64,000 nucleotides of DNA from Myxococcales bacterium (GCA_043741435.1 JAYUBF010000272.1:3387-67386); one strand, 5' to 3'. Positions 28,648 to 38,577 are shown, numbered from the stretch's first letter. Numbers and translations: made by a program. The notes: generated by a model from the sequence alone, not told the origin.

Positions 28648-29742
28648 ATGCTCAAGTCTTTGCCTCAGCGGTTTGGCTTCGTGTTGTTCACGTTCTCGGT
28701 GTTGTGCCTGGGAGCGCTGCTGCATGCGGCGTGTAAGGACAGCACCTCGCACGCGTCGAACAACAAGAACGGCGACTCGGAAGAGACGCTGGCGAAGATC
28801 GACGATGTGACGATCACGCTCGGAGAGTTCCAGGATCGGATCAACAAGCAGTCACCGTACGTGAGGGCGCGCTACACGTCGCTGGAGCGGAAGAAGGAGT
28901 TCCTCGACAATCTGGTTCGCTTCGAGGTGTTGGCGAGGGAAGCGGAGAAGCGTGGGTTGTCGAAGGATCCGGAGGTGATTCGCACCATGAAGCAGGTGAT
29001 GGTGCAGAAGCTGCTCGCGGCGGAGTTCGACAAGATGAAGGTCGAGGATATCTCCGACGGTGAGTGCAAGACGTTCTACGAGGCGCACCCGGAGGAGTTC
29101 AACCAGCCGGAGGAAGTGCGGGTGAGCTCGATCTTGGTGAAGGATCAGGCCGCAGCGAAGAAGGTCATGGCGGATGCACGCATCAAGGGCGTCGACAACC
29201 AAGGGTTCCGTACGCTGGTGTCGGAGTACTCGCAGGATCAGGCGACGAAGGACCGCGGCGGTGACCTGCGCTACTTCAGCCGCACGACGAAGGACGTGCC
29301 GGGCGACCTCGTGGAGGCGGCGTTCAAGCTGACGAACATCGGCGATGTGTCGGCGCCGGTGAAGACGTCGGCCGGGCTCGCCATCTTGAAGCTGACCGGG
29401 CGTCGCAAGGCGCTCACGCGCACATTCGACGAGGTGAAGCAGCAGATCCGCAATCGCCTGTACGGCGAGAAGCGGAAGGACTCGATGGAAGCGTTCGTGA
29501 AGAAGCTGCGCGACGGCTCGAAGATCAAGATCGACGAGGCGAAGCTGGCGAAGGTGCAGATCGAAGGCACCGGCGCGGGCTTCCCAGGGCCGGGCGTGCC
29601 GCCGCCGGGGCAGGGCCAGTTCCACCCGGGCGCGCCAGGGGTGCCGTCTGCGAATCCGCTGCAGCCGGGCAACCCGAACGGCGCGAGCGCGGTCACGATC
29701 CCACCCCCGGGATCGCCGGTCGCTCCCGCCAAGCCCGAGTAA
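28648..29742 (+). CDS. Parvulin-type peptidyl-prolyl isomerase (PpiD/PrsA-like) with Pro/Gly-rich tail
   Basis: Signal or anchor 'FGFVLFTFSVLCLGALL'. The rotamase core is 'VRVSSILV...FRTLVSEYSQDQATKDRGGDLRYF'. GGAAAGG precedes the ATG. Confidence 0.85.
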   Translation: MLKSLPQRFGFVLFTFSVLCLGALLHAACKDSTSHASNNKNGDSEETLAKIDDVTITLGEFQDRINKQSPYVRARYTSLERKKEFLDNLVRFEVLAREAEKRGLSKDPEVIRTMKQVMVQKLLAAEFDKMKVEDISDGECKTFYEAHPEEFNQPEEVRVSSILVKDQAAAKKVMADARIKGVDNQGFRTLVSEYSQDQATKDRGGDLRYFSRTTKDVPGDLVEAAFKLTNIGDVSAPVKTSAGLAILKLTGRRKALTRTFDEVKQQIRNRLYGEKRKDSMEAFVKKLRDGSKIKIDEAKLAKVQIEGTGAGFPGPGVPPPGQGQFHPGAPGVPSANPLQPGNPNGASAVTIPPPGSPVAPAKPE

Positions 29743-29754
29743 CGGGAACCAACC

Positions 29755-30720
29755 ATGCTGCGCCGCCGACTGCTCACGTTCTTCTTCTCGGTCACCACGT
29801 TCGCGTCGCCGCTGGCGTACGCGAAGGTGATCGATCGCGTGGTCGCGGTGGTGAACGAGGAGATCATCCTCGACTCCGAGCTCGACCAATGGACGGCGGC
29901 GCAGATGCACGCGCCGGTCGATCTCGACACGGTGGAGGGTGCGCGCACGTTCGACACGATGAAGAAGAAGCAGGTCGATCGCTTGATCGAGAGTCGCCTC
30001 ATCGCGCAGCAGGCGACCGCGCTCAACCTGAAGGTGAGCGACGACGAAGTCGAGCGCGCAGTCGAGGAAGTGAAGCGCCAGAACAAGCTCGACGACGCGG
30101 CCTTCACCGAGGCGCTGAAAGGCCAGGGCCTCTCGATGGAGGTGTATCGCAAGAACCTGAGGAAGCAGGTGCTGGAGCTGAAGGTCGTGAACACGGCGGT
30201 GCGCAGTCGCGTCACCGTCAGCGACGAAGAAGTTCGCACCGCGTACAACCAGAGCGACCGACAGAACGCTGGCGAACGGCTCGCGCACCTGCGCGAGATC
30301 GTGTTCGTCGTGCCCAAGGGTGCCTCCGCCGACGAGATCGACAAGAAGCGCAAGCTGGCCACCAAGATCTTGTCCGAGGCCAACGGTAGCGGCCACGACT
30401 TCGGCGACCTCGCGAAGTCGTACTCCGAAGGCGAGAGCAAGTCCGAGGGCGGCGATCTCGGTTGGGTTCAGGCCGGCAGCCTCGTCGACGAGTTGCACGA
30501 GGTCGTGATCGCGATGGACGCCGGCGACCTGCGCGGTCCCATTCGCACCCAGCAAGGCTTCGTGTTGTTGCAGCTCGTCGGCTGGAAGGCCGGCAACCTG
30601 CGTCCGTTCGAAGAAGTAAAAGAGCAGCTGCGCCGGCAGCTCTACGACCAGCAGGTCGACAAGGCGATGTCGTCCTGGGTCAAAGAGCTGCGCAGAAAAG
30701 CGCACGTCGACATTCGCTGA
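29755..30720 (+). CDS. SurA-like periplasmic chaperone / parvulin PPIase
   Basis: Signal peptide, then the SurA_N-like 'IDRVVAVVNEEIILDSELD'. The rotamase is 'HLREIVFVV...FGDLAKSYSEGESKSEGGDLGWV'. Confidence 0.85.
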   Translation: MLRRRLLTFFFSVTTFASPLAYAKVIDRVVAVVNEEIILDSELDQWTAAQMHAPVDLDTVEGARTFDTMKKKQVDRLIESRLIAQQATALNLKVSDDEVERAVEEVKRQNKLDDAAFTEALKGQGLSMEVYRKNLRKQVLELKVVNTAVRSRVTVSDEEVRTAYNQSDRQNAGERLAHLREIVFVVPKGASADEIDKKRKLATKILSEANGSGHDFGDLAKSYSEGESKSEGGDLGWVQAGSLVDELHEVVIAMDAGDLRGPIRTQQGFVLLQLVGWKAGNLRPFEEVKEQLRRQLYDQQVDKAMSSWVKELRRKAHVDIR

Positions 30721-30735
30721 GGCTTCGCGCGCAGC

Positions 30736-32934
30736 TCACTTCACGCGGAAGTTGATCTGCGCGGCGCCGAGGTTGTCCGCGGAGTCGACGGCGCGCACCG
30801 CGAGCGTGTGCGTCCCGGGTGGCAGGCCGCTCGGTAAGCGAACGTTGAACGCCTCCTCGAGATCGTCGAACACGCCGTCTTTCGGGCCCACCGCTTGCCA
30901 GTCGCCACCGTCGACGGAATACGCGAGCTCGGTGATCGGCGACGCGCTGTCCTTCGCGCGACCACTCGCCACCGGCACCATCGTGTTCGCGGTAGCGCCC
31001 TTCGCTGCTGCAGGGAAGCCGACGTCGACCGGACCCACATCGGGCTTGCGATTGTCGACGAGGATCGGCGACGAGGTGAGCGCGTGCTCGAGGGCCTCGT
31101 CCTTCGCATTCGAGCGCTCGTCGGAGACCACCACCCGCACGAGATAGTTGCCGTCCGGCAGCGGCTCGGTATTCCAGTCGTACTCGGCCTTGGTCAACGG
31201 ATCCGGGCCCCCGAGCGATCGCCAGTTGGGCTCCGACTCCTCGCGGAAGAACACGCGGTACACGAGCTCGTCCTCGTCGGGGTTCTCCACCTTCCAGCGG
31301 AGCTTCACGATGGCGCTGTGTGACCGCGGCGTCTTCGCGAGCGCGATCATGCGACGTGCGCCGCTCTCGTCGGCCGTGGTGACCTCGGTGACGCGCGGCC
31401 GCTGGTTCTGTGGCAGATAGAAGGCGCTGACATCGTGCAGCACGCTCTTCGGGCCACTGAGCTTCGCGCGCATTTGTAAGAAACGACCCGCCGGGCTCTG
31501 CACCTTGCCGGCGCCTCCGCCGGCGAGGTTCTCGACGCTGCCGAGCCCTTGCCAGGCGCTCCACGTGGCATCCGGCTTCTGCGTGTTGCCGCTGCGCGCG
31601 GAGACCTCGACTCCTGTGCCGGAGAAGCGCACCTTGCCCCAGCGCGCGGTGAACTGCGCGTCGAGCGCCTTCGTGACGTACGACGCCTCCTTGTTCGCGG
31701 GACCCAGGCGATACACAGCCGCAGCATCACCGGTGCCGAGGGAGGGCTCACCGCCCCCGAGATCGAGGAACAACACCTGACGCTCGGGGAGATCGAGCGC
31801 GGTGGTCACGGTGCGATCGCTGCGAACCTGGTACACGCGTCCGTTCGAGCCCGCCGCTGCCCACAGCGTGCCTTCCCCATCGCGTGCGAGAGCGGTGAAG
31901 TAGCCATCGGTCAGCGCATGCAGCTGCTCGAAGCGACCGTCGTCGTCGACGCGATAGAGGGCGCCCTTGCCCTTGCGCTCGCGCGAGCTGGGCATCGAGA
32001 TGCCCAGCGCGGCCAGGGCTGCCGAGCCCACCAGCGACGATGCCGGCGCGCTGCCACCGGCCGCGGGCGCCGGGGTGCGCGCCGATTTCGAAGTCACCGA
32101 AGAGAGTGCCGCCAGTCCTTGGCCCTTGAAGTCATTCACCGCGACATACGTCACGCCCTTGTCACGCCAGATGGCCCGCACCTCTTCTCCGTCGAAGTCG
32201 TGCACCACGCGAACCTCTGCGGAGCCACCTTGCGGCTTCACGCGATAGAGGATGGCTTGGTCGGCACCGCCGACGAGGAGCGTGCCGTCTTCCGTGCGCA
32301 CCATCGACAACAGGTGCTTCTCGGTGCTCTGCCAGAGCTGCTTCGGCTTCTGCGCCGAGGCCTTCTCCAGATCGTTCACCTCGACGGAGAACAGCTTCCC
32401 GTTCGGTCCCGTCGCGGCGTAGAGCGTGTGCTTGTCTTCGTCGTACGACAGCGCCCACACGTGGTCGGCATCGAGGTGCGTGAGCTCGCGAATGCGCGGC
32501 TCCTTGTCCGACAGCTTGTCCACCTCGTAGATTCGCCCACCCGGCACCGACGCTGCGAAGAAGCGTCCATTGCCCGCCGGAGCGAGCGCGCTAACCAATG
32601 CCGCGTCGAGCTTTCCCACCTTGCGCGGCTTGTCCTTGCCGCGCTGCGACCACAGCGCGCCTTGATCCCCGGTCCCGATATAGAGCGTGCCATCGACACG
32701 CAAGGCGCAGAACGCGAGCAGCTCCCCGACATCGCTGCGCTGGGCGTCGATGCCGGGCAGCACGTCGCCGAGCGAGGTGATGAGCGTGCCCTTTGCCTCG
32801 CCTTCGTCGAAGTCCTTGTAGCTGGTGAGGCGAAAGCTTCGCGTCGGGCTGGCCGAGGCCGCCCCAGAGTACGAGAGACAGAACGCGACCAGGGTGAGAA
32901 GCGAGGCGATGCGACACGAGTGGGCAGAGATCAC
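30736..32934 (-). CDS. Secreted beta-propeller-like repeat protein with Ig/FN3-like C-terminal modules
   Basis: Signal peptide 'LLTLVAFCLSYSGAASA'. Blade-like motifs repeat ('GTLYIGTGD', 'GGRIYEV', 'TLYAATGPNGKLF', 'GTLLVGGAD', 'GTLWAAAGSNGRVYQV'). The C-terminus 'LPDGNYLVRVVVSD' and 'PGTHTLAVRAVDSADN' is Ig-like. Confidence 0.7.
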   Translation of the reverse strand: MISAHSCRIASLLTLVAFCLSYSGAASASPTRSFRLTSYKDFDEGEAKGTLITSLGDVLPGIDAQRSDVGELLAFCALRVDGTLYIGTGDQGALWSQRGKDKPRKVGKLDAALVSALAPAGNGRFFAASVPGGRIYEVDKLSDKEPRIRELTHLDADHVWALSYDEDKHTLYAATGPNGKLFSVEVNDLEKASAQKPKQLWQSTEKHLLSMVRTEDGTLLVGGADQAILYRVKPQGGSAEVRVVHDFDGEEVRAIWRDKGVTYVAVNDFKGQGLAALSSVTSKSARTPAPAAGGSAPASSLVGSAALAALGISMPSSRERKGKGALYRVDDDGRFEQLHALTDGYFTALARDGEGTLWAAAGSNGRVYQVRSDRTVTTALDLPERQVLFLDLGGGEPSLGTGDAAAVYRLGPANKEASYVTKALDAQFTARWGKVRFSGTGVEVSARSGNTQKPDATWSAWQGLGSVENLAGGGAGKVQSPAGRFLQMRAKLSGPKSVLHDVSAFYLPQNQRPRVTEVTTADESGARRMIALAKTPRSHSAIVKLRWKVENPDEDELVYRVFFREESEPNWRSLGGPDPLTKAEYDWNTEPLPDGNYLVRVVVSDERSNAKDEALEHALTSSPILVDNRKPDVGPVDVGFPAAAKGATANTMVPVASGRAKDSASPITELAYSVDGGDWQAVGPKDGVFDDLEEAFNVRLPSGLPPGTHTLAVRAVDSADNLGAAQINFRVK

Positions 32935-32951
32935 GCGGGGCTCCGTGTGGA

Positions 32952-34715
32952 CTAACGACGATCGCGAACGCGGAGCATGAGCTCCTGCTTTCCGATGGTG
33001 ATGAACGAGGTGGGGTAGACGATGCGCTCCACGCGCTTCAGCGAATCGGAGCGGCGCGCAGCGGTGCTGGGGCGCAGGCTGTCGAGCACCGAGCCGGGTA
33101 GCTCTGGCACCAGCTTGCCGTGGAGCGTGAGGCCTTCGTCGGGGGTCTCGAGCGCGACGACGAGGCTCGACGGCGAATACGAACGTCCCAGGTTGTCGAG
33201 GAGGCCGCGCAGCGATTCGGGAGGTGCGAGATCCGGCCGTGCGAGCGTGCCCGACTGCACGGTGAGCTTCACGGTCTGGCCCGCGAGCGACTCGGGAATG
33301 TCGATGGGAATCGTCACGTGCTCTTCGGGCTTGCCGTACGGGCGCAGGGTGACGCGCAAGCTCGGGCGGGATCCGGGCTCGACCGTCTCCGCACCGAGCG
33401 ACGCTTCCAGCACCTCGGCGACGTCGGTGCGGTAGGCCACGTCGAGGTCCACGTCGATCCGGTCGACCGTGGCGGGCCCGAACGGGTTGAACAAGATGTC
33501 GCCGATCGCGCGCGGACCGCTGGCGAGCGCCAATGTGTGGCTTTGCGCACCATCAGGCGCGTAGAAGCGGTCGATGATCTCGACGGTGCGCTCGTTGTGC
33601 ACGGCGAGCTTCGTCTTCAGCGTGATCTGCGCTTCTGCCATGTCCGAGGCGGCCGCGCTCGCCGATGAGCTCAGCACCGTGGAAGCCAGCACCGACGTGA
33701 GAAAGCGGTGGCGCGCGATCTGGACCTCGAACCTTTGATCGGGCCGACCCGCCAGGTGCACCGTCACGCTCATCGGGATCATCGGCACGTGCTGCTTCAT
33801 GTCGCCGATGATCCCGCTCTGTCGATCCTGCAGGAGCGCGCCGGCCTCGTCGAGGGGCGATGAAAGCTTGAACGACGTGTTGAGCGACGACATGAAGGTG
33901 TGCACCACCGACGTGGAGATCGGCAGGGACACCTGGCCGGAGTTGAACATGGGGTGGCCGAATGCCAGCACGCGATCGCCGGCGATCGCAGTGACGGTGC
34001 CCGTCGCGACGGCGCTGATGTCACCGCGGATCAAGTCGACCGCGATGGACGAGCCGGGCTCGAAGCGGGTCAGGCGCTTCGCATTCGCTTTGGGGGCCCG
34101 GCCACCACCGCCCGCTCGTTGTGGCACCAGGTGATAGGGCGCGAGCGCCGCGCCGAGCTCGGCGACGGCCTCGGGCGTGAGGCCGGAGACCTGGAGAGGC
34201 ACGGCCGCGGGGTGGAAGCCTTCCTGGGTTGCCGCGGCGGCGATGGGCGTCGAGGACGTGGTGCCCGCTGGCTCGCCCGCCGCGGTGGCGCGCTGCTTGC
34301 GCTCGAGCTCCTTCGTCATGCTCGCGATCGGCGTCACACCGGCAAGCGCATCCTTCGCGAAGCCCCAGCCGTAGGCGAGCGCGCCGGCCAGACGATCCTC
34401 GAAGTAGATCGGCGAGCCCGACATGCCCTGCGCGATGCCGGAGTGCACCAGCCGGGGATCCTCCGACTGGATGAGGATGATGTCTTGCTTCGGCAGGAAG
34501 TTGTGCAGGACCGCGACGACGCGAACCGGGAAGCGCTCCGGCTTCGTCCCCGAGAACACCGTCAGCCCGTATCCCACCATGCCGTCCTTGATCTGATCGA
34601 CCGCAATGGTGGGGCCCACATCGAAGCTGGGCTCGGCCGCACGGGCCCGACCCGCCGCGCGCGTGAGCCCCATGGTGAGCAAGACATACAGCGCGAAGCG
34701 CGACGCTCGTGACAT
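32952..34715 (-). CDS. Secreted SpoIVB-type (peptidase S55) serine protease domain protein
   Basis: Start at Met61 (signal peptide 'MSRASRFALYVLLTMGLTRAAGRARA'). It carries 'GYGLTVFSG...RFPVRVV' and the S55-like 'GIAQGMSGSPIY'. It ends 17 nt upstream of the propeller gene. Confidence 0.7.
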   Translation of the reverse strand: MSRASRFALYVLLTMGLTRAAGRARAAEPSFDVGPTIAVDQIKDGMVGYGLTVFSGTKPERFPVRVVAVLHNFLPKQDIILIQSEDPRLVHSGIAQGMSGSPIYFEDRLAGALAYGWGFAKDALAGVTPIASMTKELERKQRATAAGEPAGTTSSTPIAAAATQEGFHPAAVPLQVSGLTPEAVAELGAALAPYHLVPQRAGGGGRAPKANAKRLTRFEPGSSIAVDLIRGDISAVATGTVTAIAGDRVLAFGHPMFNSGQVSLPISTSVVHTFMSSLNTSFKLSSPLDEAGALLQDRQSGIIGDMKQHVPMIPMSVTVHLAGRPDQRFEVQIARHRFLTSVLASTVLSSSASAAASDMAEAQITLKTKLAVHNERTVEIIDRFYAPDGAQSHTLALASGPRAIGDILFNPFGPATVDRIDVDLDVAYRTDVAEVLEASLGAETVEPGSRPSLRVTLRPYGKPEEHVTIPIDIPESLAGQTVKLTVQSGTLARPDLAPPESLRGLLDNLGRSYSPSSLVVALETPDEGLTLHGKLVPELPGSVLDSLRPSTAARRSDSLKRVERIVYPTSFITIGKQELMLRVRDRR

Positions 34716-34773
34716 AGGGCCCGCTAGCGTATGGGTGGAGGTCAGAAGGTGCAATACGCGCCGATCTACGTGT

Positions 34774-35436
34774 TCAACGGGCCGGGACTTGGAGCTGGAG
34801 CTGCCGTGCATGCCTACACATGCGCGACGAGCGATCGACGCCGACGGCGTCCATGCCGAGCGCGTTGGCGACCGCGAGCGCGGTGCCGAAGCCACAGAAC
34901 GGGTCGACGATGGTGCGCGTGGCGGTTTCGTCGAGCACGAAGCGACAGGCGAGGAGGCACGCGTTCACGCCCATCGATTTCTTGCCGGGCTGATGGCCAC
35001 CGTCGGGGAGTACGTCGGGGGTGGGCCGCCGCAGCGTCGGGCGTGGCCCCTGCGCGAAGGCCAGCAGGTGCGAGTAGCTCGAGCGACCTTGCGTAGGGGT
35101 ACCCGCGGGCAATCGGCAGACGATCTTGTGGAACAGGAGGCAGTGATCGCTGCGATCGGCGGCCCGTTGCACGAGGTTGCTCTTGTCGATCCAGCGCCCG
35201 CCGTGGCGGATGTCGCTCTGAAAGAACAACGCCACGCCTTCGCCACCGAGCGAGCGCAGGACGGCGAACGCGGCATCCTCGAACCAGCGTTGCCAGCCGG
35301 CGAGGCCCAGCTCGGGGATCTCCGACAAGTCCGGCAGCGACGTGATGACGCTCGCTCGCGCCAACGTCTCTAGTCCGGGCGAGGAGGCCATCCATGTGAG
35401 CGCGTCTTCGCAATAGATCGTTCGCGTGGGCGCCAT
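34774..35436 (-). CDS. SAM-dependent methyltransferase-like protein (beta-class N4/N6-MTase topology, degenerate catalytic motif)
   Basis: A C-terminal motif I 'IVDPFCGFGTALAVA' follows an N-terminal position where (D/S)PPY is expected but reads 'ITSLPD'. Confidence 0.6.
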   Translation of the reverse strand: MAPTRTIYCEDALTWMASSPGLETLARASVITSLPDLSEIPELGLAGWQRWFEDAAFAVLRSLGGEGVALFFQSDIRHGGRWIDKSNLVQRAADRSDHCLLFHKIVCRLPAGTPTQGRSSYSHLLAFAQGPRPTLRRPTPDVLPDGGHQPGKKSMGVNACLLACRFVLDETATRTIVDPFCGFGTALAVANALGMDAVGVDRSSRMCRHARQLQLQVPAR

Positions 35437-35494
35437 CGGGTGACCACTTTAGCCCGCCTTGACCTTCACAACGGCCACGTCTAGCTTTCGCGAC

Positions 35495-35950
35495 ATGCGC
35501 AACACCGTCGCCCGCTTTGCCTTGTCCTTCGTCGCAGCGATCGGTTTTCTCTCGGCTTCCGGCTGTGCCTCTAGCATCGACCCGAAGCTCGTGTACGGCA
35601 CCTACGGCGTCACCGTCGCTGCGTTCGGCAAGACCGACCCGGACATCGTCGTCGCGTCGCAGGGTGGCGACGTCGATCTCATCCTCAACTTCAACTACGG
35701 CATCATCACCGACTACAACGCGGTCAACGCCACCGGCCTGCGGGTCGTCTTCGACGGCGACGACATCCGCCTCGACAAGCAGCCCATCCGCGTCACGCAC
35801 TCGAGCGGCGAGATTGTGGGCACCGTGATCGGCAAGGGTACCGTCGACGGCTCCAAGGTATCCATGACGCTCAGCGTCACCCCGACGAGCGGCACCACCG
35901 CACCCGCCGGCGGCACCATCGACTATGTCGTCACCGGCAACCACCAGTAG
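35495..35950 (+). CDS. Lipoprotein, hypothetical
   Basis: 'MRNTVARFALSFVAAIGFLSASGC' gives a signal peptide with lipobox. The remainder looks beta-rich. Confidence 0.6.
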   Translation: MRNTVARFALSFVAAIGFLSASGCASSIDPKLVYGTYGVTVAAFGKTDPDIVVASQGGDVDLILNFNYGIITDYNAVNATGLRVVFDGDDIRLDKQPIRVTHSSGEIVGTVIGKGTVDGSKVSMTLSVTPTSGTTAPAGGTIDYVVTGNHQ

Positions 35951-35960
35951 CGGAAGCGGG

Positions 35961-36746
35961 CTACGGGACGAGGACGGTACCGACGGAGCCGGGGGCGTCG
36001 AGCGCGCCGGTGATGTTGCGATCGAGGATGTAGATGGCGGGTACCCCGGCTTGCACGGCGGTAAGGGATTCGTCGAGCTTGGCAATCATGCCGCCCTTTG
36101 CTGCACCGCTGCCGATGAGCGCGCGGCCCTCGGCGACGGTCAGGCGCGGGATGCGTGAGCTGCTGTCGTCGAGGTCTCCCATGACACCGGGGGCCGACGT
36201 GATGAGGACCAACGCGTCGACGTGGAGCGCGAGCGCGAGCTGGTTGGCGACGAGGTCGGCGTTGATGTTGAGCGTGCTGCCGTCGCTGGCTCGCCCGAGG
36301 CAGGCGACCACGGGCACGTAGCGACCGGCGAGCAGGTGCTCCACGAGTGGCAGGTCGAAGCCGGTGGGATCTCCGACGAGACCGAGATCGATCGGATCGG
36401 GACCGGCACCCGCGAGCACCTTCGGCGGGCGACGCACCGCGGTCACCACACCATGGAGACCCACCGCTGGGATGCCCGCTGCGCGCAGCCCATTTTGCAA
36501 GGCGACGTTCACCTCGCCGGCGATCGCTTGCTGGACCGAGAGCAACGTCGCCGCATCCGTGACGCGCCGGCCCGCGACCATGGTGGTCTGCAGGCCCAGC
36601 TTGGTGGACAAGCTCGTCACCTGCGGTCCACCGCCGTGGCTCACGATCACCTCGTCGCCGCGCTGCACGAGTGCCTGCAGCTCCGCGACGATTTCGGGCA
36701 AGCGATCGCGAACGACCTCGCCGCCGAGCTTTACGAGGATCCTCAA
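35961..36746 (-). CDS. argB: Acetylglutamate kinase
   Basis: Motifs 'ILVKLGGE', 'VSHGGGPQV', 'NINADLVA' and 'GGMIAKL'. The TTG start overlaps the argC TGA stop (TTGA). Confidence 0.9.
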   Translation of the reverse strand: MRILVKLGGEVVRDRLPEIVAELQALVQRGDEVIVSHGGGPQVTSLSTKLGLQTTMVAGRRVTDAATLLSVQQAIAGEVNVALQNGLRAAGIPAVGLHGVVTAVRRPPKVLAGAGPDPIDLGLVGDPTGFDLPLVEHLLAGRYVPVVACLGRASDGSTLNINADLVANQLALALHVDALVLITSAPGVMGDLDDSSSRIPRLTVAEGRALIGSGAAKGGMIAKLDESLTAVQAGVPAIYILDRNITGALDAPGSVGTVLVP

Positions 36747-37861
36747 GGCCAGGCACCGGGATCTTCGAGCGTCAGCTTCTCGTCGAGACCGAGGAGCAAA
36801 TTCATGCTCTGGATGGCCTGGCCGGCGCCGCCCTTGATGAGGTTGTCGGTGACGGAGAAGCAGCACACGACGCGGCGACCGGTGCGCGGGTCCACGTCCT
36901 CCGCGATCTGGAAGCCCACCTCGACGAAGTTGGAGCCCGACACCGCGGCCACCTCGGGGAGGCGCGCTTGCGGGACGCGGACGAAAGGCTCGTCGGCGTA
37001 GGTCTTGCTGAAAGCAGCCGCGACCTGCTCGCGGGTGATCGCCGCGTCTACGTGCGAGAAGCAGGTGGCGAAGATGCCGCGGGACAACGGCGCCGACACC
37101 GGCACGAAGCGCAGCGCGAGATCTTTCGCACCCGCCTGCTCGAGCGTGGCCGTGATCTCCGGGATGTGTTGATGCTCGAGCGGCTTGTACGTGCGCAGGT
37201 TCACCGAGCGAGTCGGATGGTGCGTCGTTGCCGTCGGGACCACGCCGGCGCCCGACGAGCCGGTGATGCCGACGACCTCCACTTCGCCCTCGAGCCAACC
37301 GGACTTTGCGAGGGGAAGGAGCCCGAGCTCGATGGTGGTGGCGAAGCAACCGGGTGAGGCCACGTAGCGCGCCGCTTTGATGGCTTCGCGGTTCAGCTCG
37401 GGGAGGCCGTACACGAACTTCTCGAGCAGGCTCGTCGCCGGATGCTTTTGTCCGTAGTAGCGCTCGTACGCCGCGGTGTCGCGCAGGCGAAAGTCACCCG
37501 AGAGATCCACGATGCGCGCGCTCGACTGTTCGATGATCTCCGGAACCTTGTGCGCCGCGATCTTGTGCGGGAGGCCGAGCAGGACCACGTCCATATCTTT
37601 CGCAGCCTCTGCGGCCGTGAGGTTCTGGAAGCGGAGAGCGCTCAGCCCTTCGAGGTGCGGATGCGCAGCGGAGAGAGGCTGGTCGACGTAGTCGACGGAG
37701 GCGACGCGCTCGAGTGAGACCTCGGGGTGTAGCAACAAGCGTCGGATGAGCTCGGCGCCCCCGTAGCCAGAGCCGCCGATGACGGCAGCACGAAAGCGCT
37801 TCCCAGGAGGTACTGTAGGTGCGGTCGGGGTCATGGCCTCGCCACGATATCGAGGAGCCAT
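36743..37861 (-). CDS. argC: N-acetyl-gamma-glutamyl-phosphate reductase
   Basis: Motifs 'AAVIGGSGYGGAELIRRLLLHP' and active-site 'ASPGCFATT'. Met10 (37834) is an alternative start. Confidence 0.9.
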   Translation of the reverse strand: MAPRYRGEAMTPTAPTVPPGKRFRAAVIGGSGYGGAELIRRLLLHPEVSLERVASVDYVDQPLSAAHPHLEGLSALRFQNLTAAEAAKDMDVVLLGLPHKIAAHKVPEIIEQSSARIVDLSGDFRLRDTAAYERYYGQKHPATSLLEKFVYGLPELNREAIKAARYVASPGCFATTIELGLLPLAKSGWLEGEVEVVGITGSSGAGVVPTATTHHPTRSVNLRTYKPLEHQHIPEITATLEQAGAKDLALRFVPVSAPLSRGIFATCFSHVDAAITREQVAAAFSKTYADEPFVRVPQARLPEVAAVSGSNFVEVGFQIAEDVDPRTGRRVVCCFSVTDNLIKGGAGQAIQSMNLLLGLDEKLTLEDPGAWP

Positions 37862-37882
37862 GACCCCGTCAAAGCACGCGAG

Positions 37883-38461
37883 CTACTTCTTTTCCGGCTG
37901 CTTCGCGACGATGAGCGACTTGATCTTGCCGTACGTCGCGGTCGGAACGATCTTGCGCGACGCGAGCTGCGTCTTGTTGGCGTAGGGACGACCGGCGACG
38001 ATCTTCTCGGCGTACGCGTCACCCACAGCCGGCAGCGCCTTCAGCTCGTCCACGCTCGCGGCATTGATGTCGACGAGCGCGGCCGGAGCAACCTTGGTAG
38101 CGACCGCAGCCGAGCTTCCCTTCGCTACGGCCGACGCCGGCGTCACGGTGGTGGTGCTCGTCGTGGTGGTCGTCGGGCCCGTGGCCCCAGCGACGGCGCC
38201 CTTGCCGGAGTCGGTCGCGACCTTCTTCGCAGCCTGGCCCGGGTGATTCTTCGCCGCTTCCGGATCCTTCGCCACCTCGGTGGCCGACGCGGTGCCTGCT
38301 TGCAATGCGCCCTGGCCGCCCGCCTTGGCGGTTGCCTTCACCGAGTCGGTGGTGGTCGGGACGTCGGCGTGGGCGAGACTGAGGCCGCTTATGGCGAGAC
38401 TGAGGCCGCTTATGGTGAAGGACACGATGGCGAGCGAGAGCAGCTTCTGGAAGCGGTTCAT
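37883..38461 (-). CDS. comEA: ComEA-family helix-hairpin-helix DNA-binding protein, secreted
   Basis: The C-terminal '[31 protein letters not shown]' HhH motif, a Thr/Ala-rich linker and a signal peptide. Confidence 0.75.
   Translation of the reverse strand: MNRFQKLLSLAIVSFTISGLSLAISGLSLAHADVPTTTDSVKATAKAGGQGALQAGTASATEVAKDPEAAKNHPGQAAKKVATDSGKGAVAGATGPTTTTTSTTTVTPASAVAKGSSAAVATKVAPAALVDINAASVDELKALPAVGDAYAEKIVAGRPYANKTQLASRKIVPTATYGKIKSLIVAKQPEKK
38372..38413. repeat. 21-bp tandem duplication inside the ComEA-like signal peptide ([14 protein letters not shown])
   Basis: Codons 17-23 and 24-30 are identical at the protein level and nearly identical at the DNA level. Confidence 0.85.
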
Positions 38462-38577
38462 ATTCGATTCTCCTGAGGTAATGCCCGAATCTATCGGGCT
38501 GTGCGGCTAGACGTCGCATCGTCGAGAAAATTCTTTCCCGAGCGCAGAGATTCGCACGAACCCGCGCAGCGCGTTGA

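Noticed and set aside
28852-30705. 617-aa minus-strand ORF
   Set aside because: It is antisense to the two parvulin/SurA genes and is a shadow ORF with low-complexity Arg/Leu/His content.
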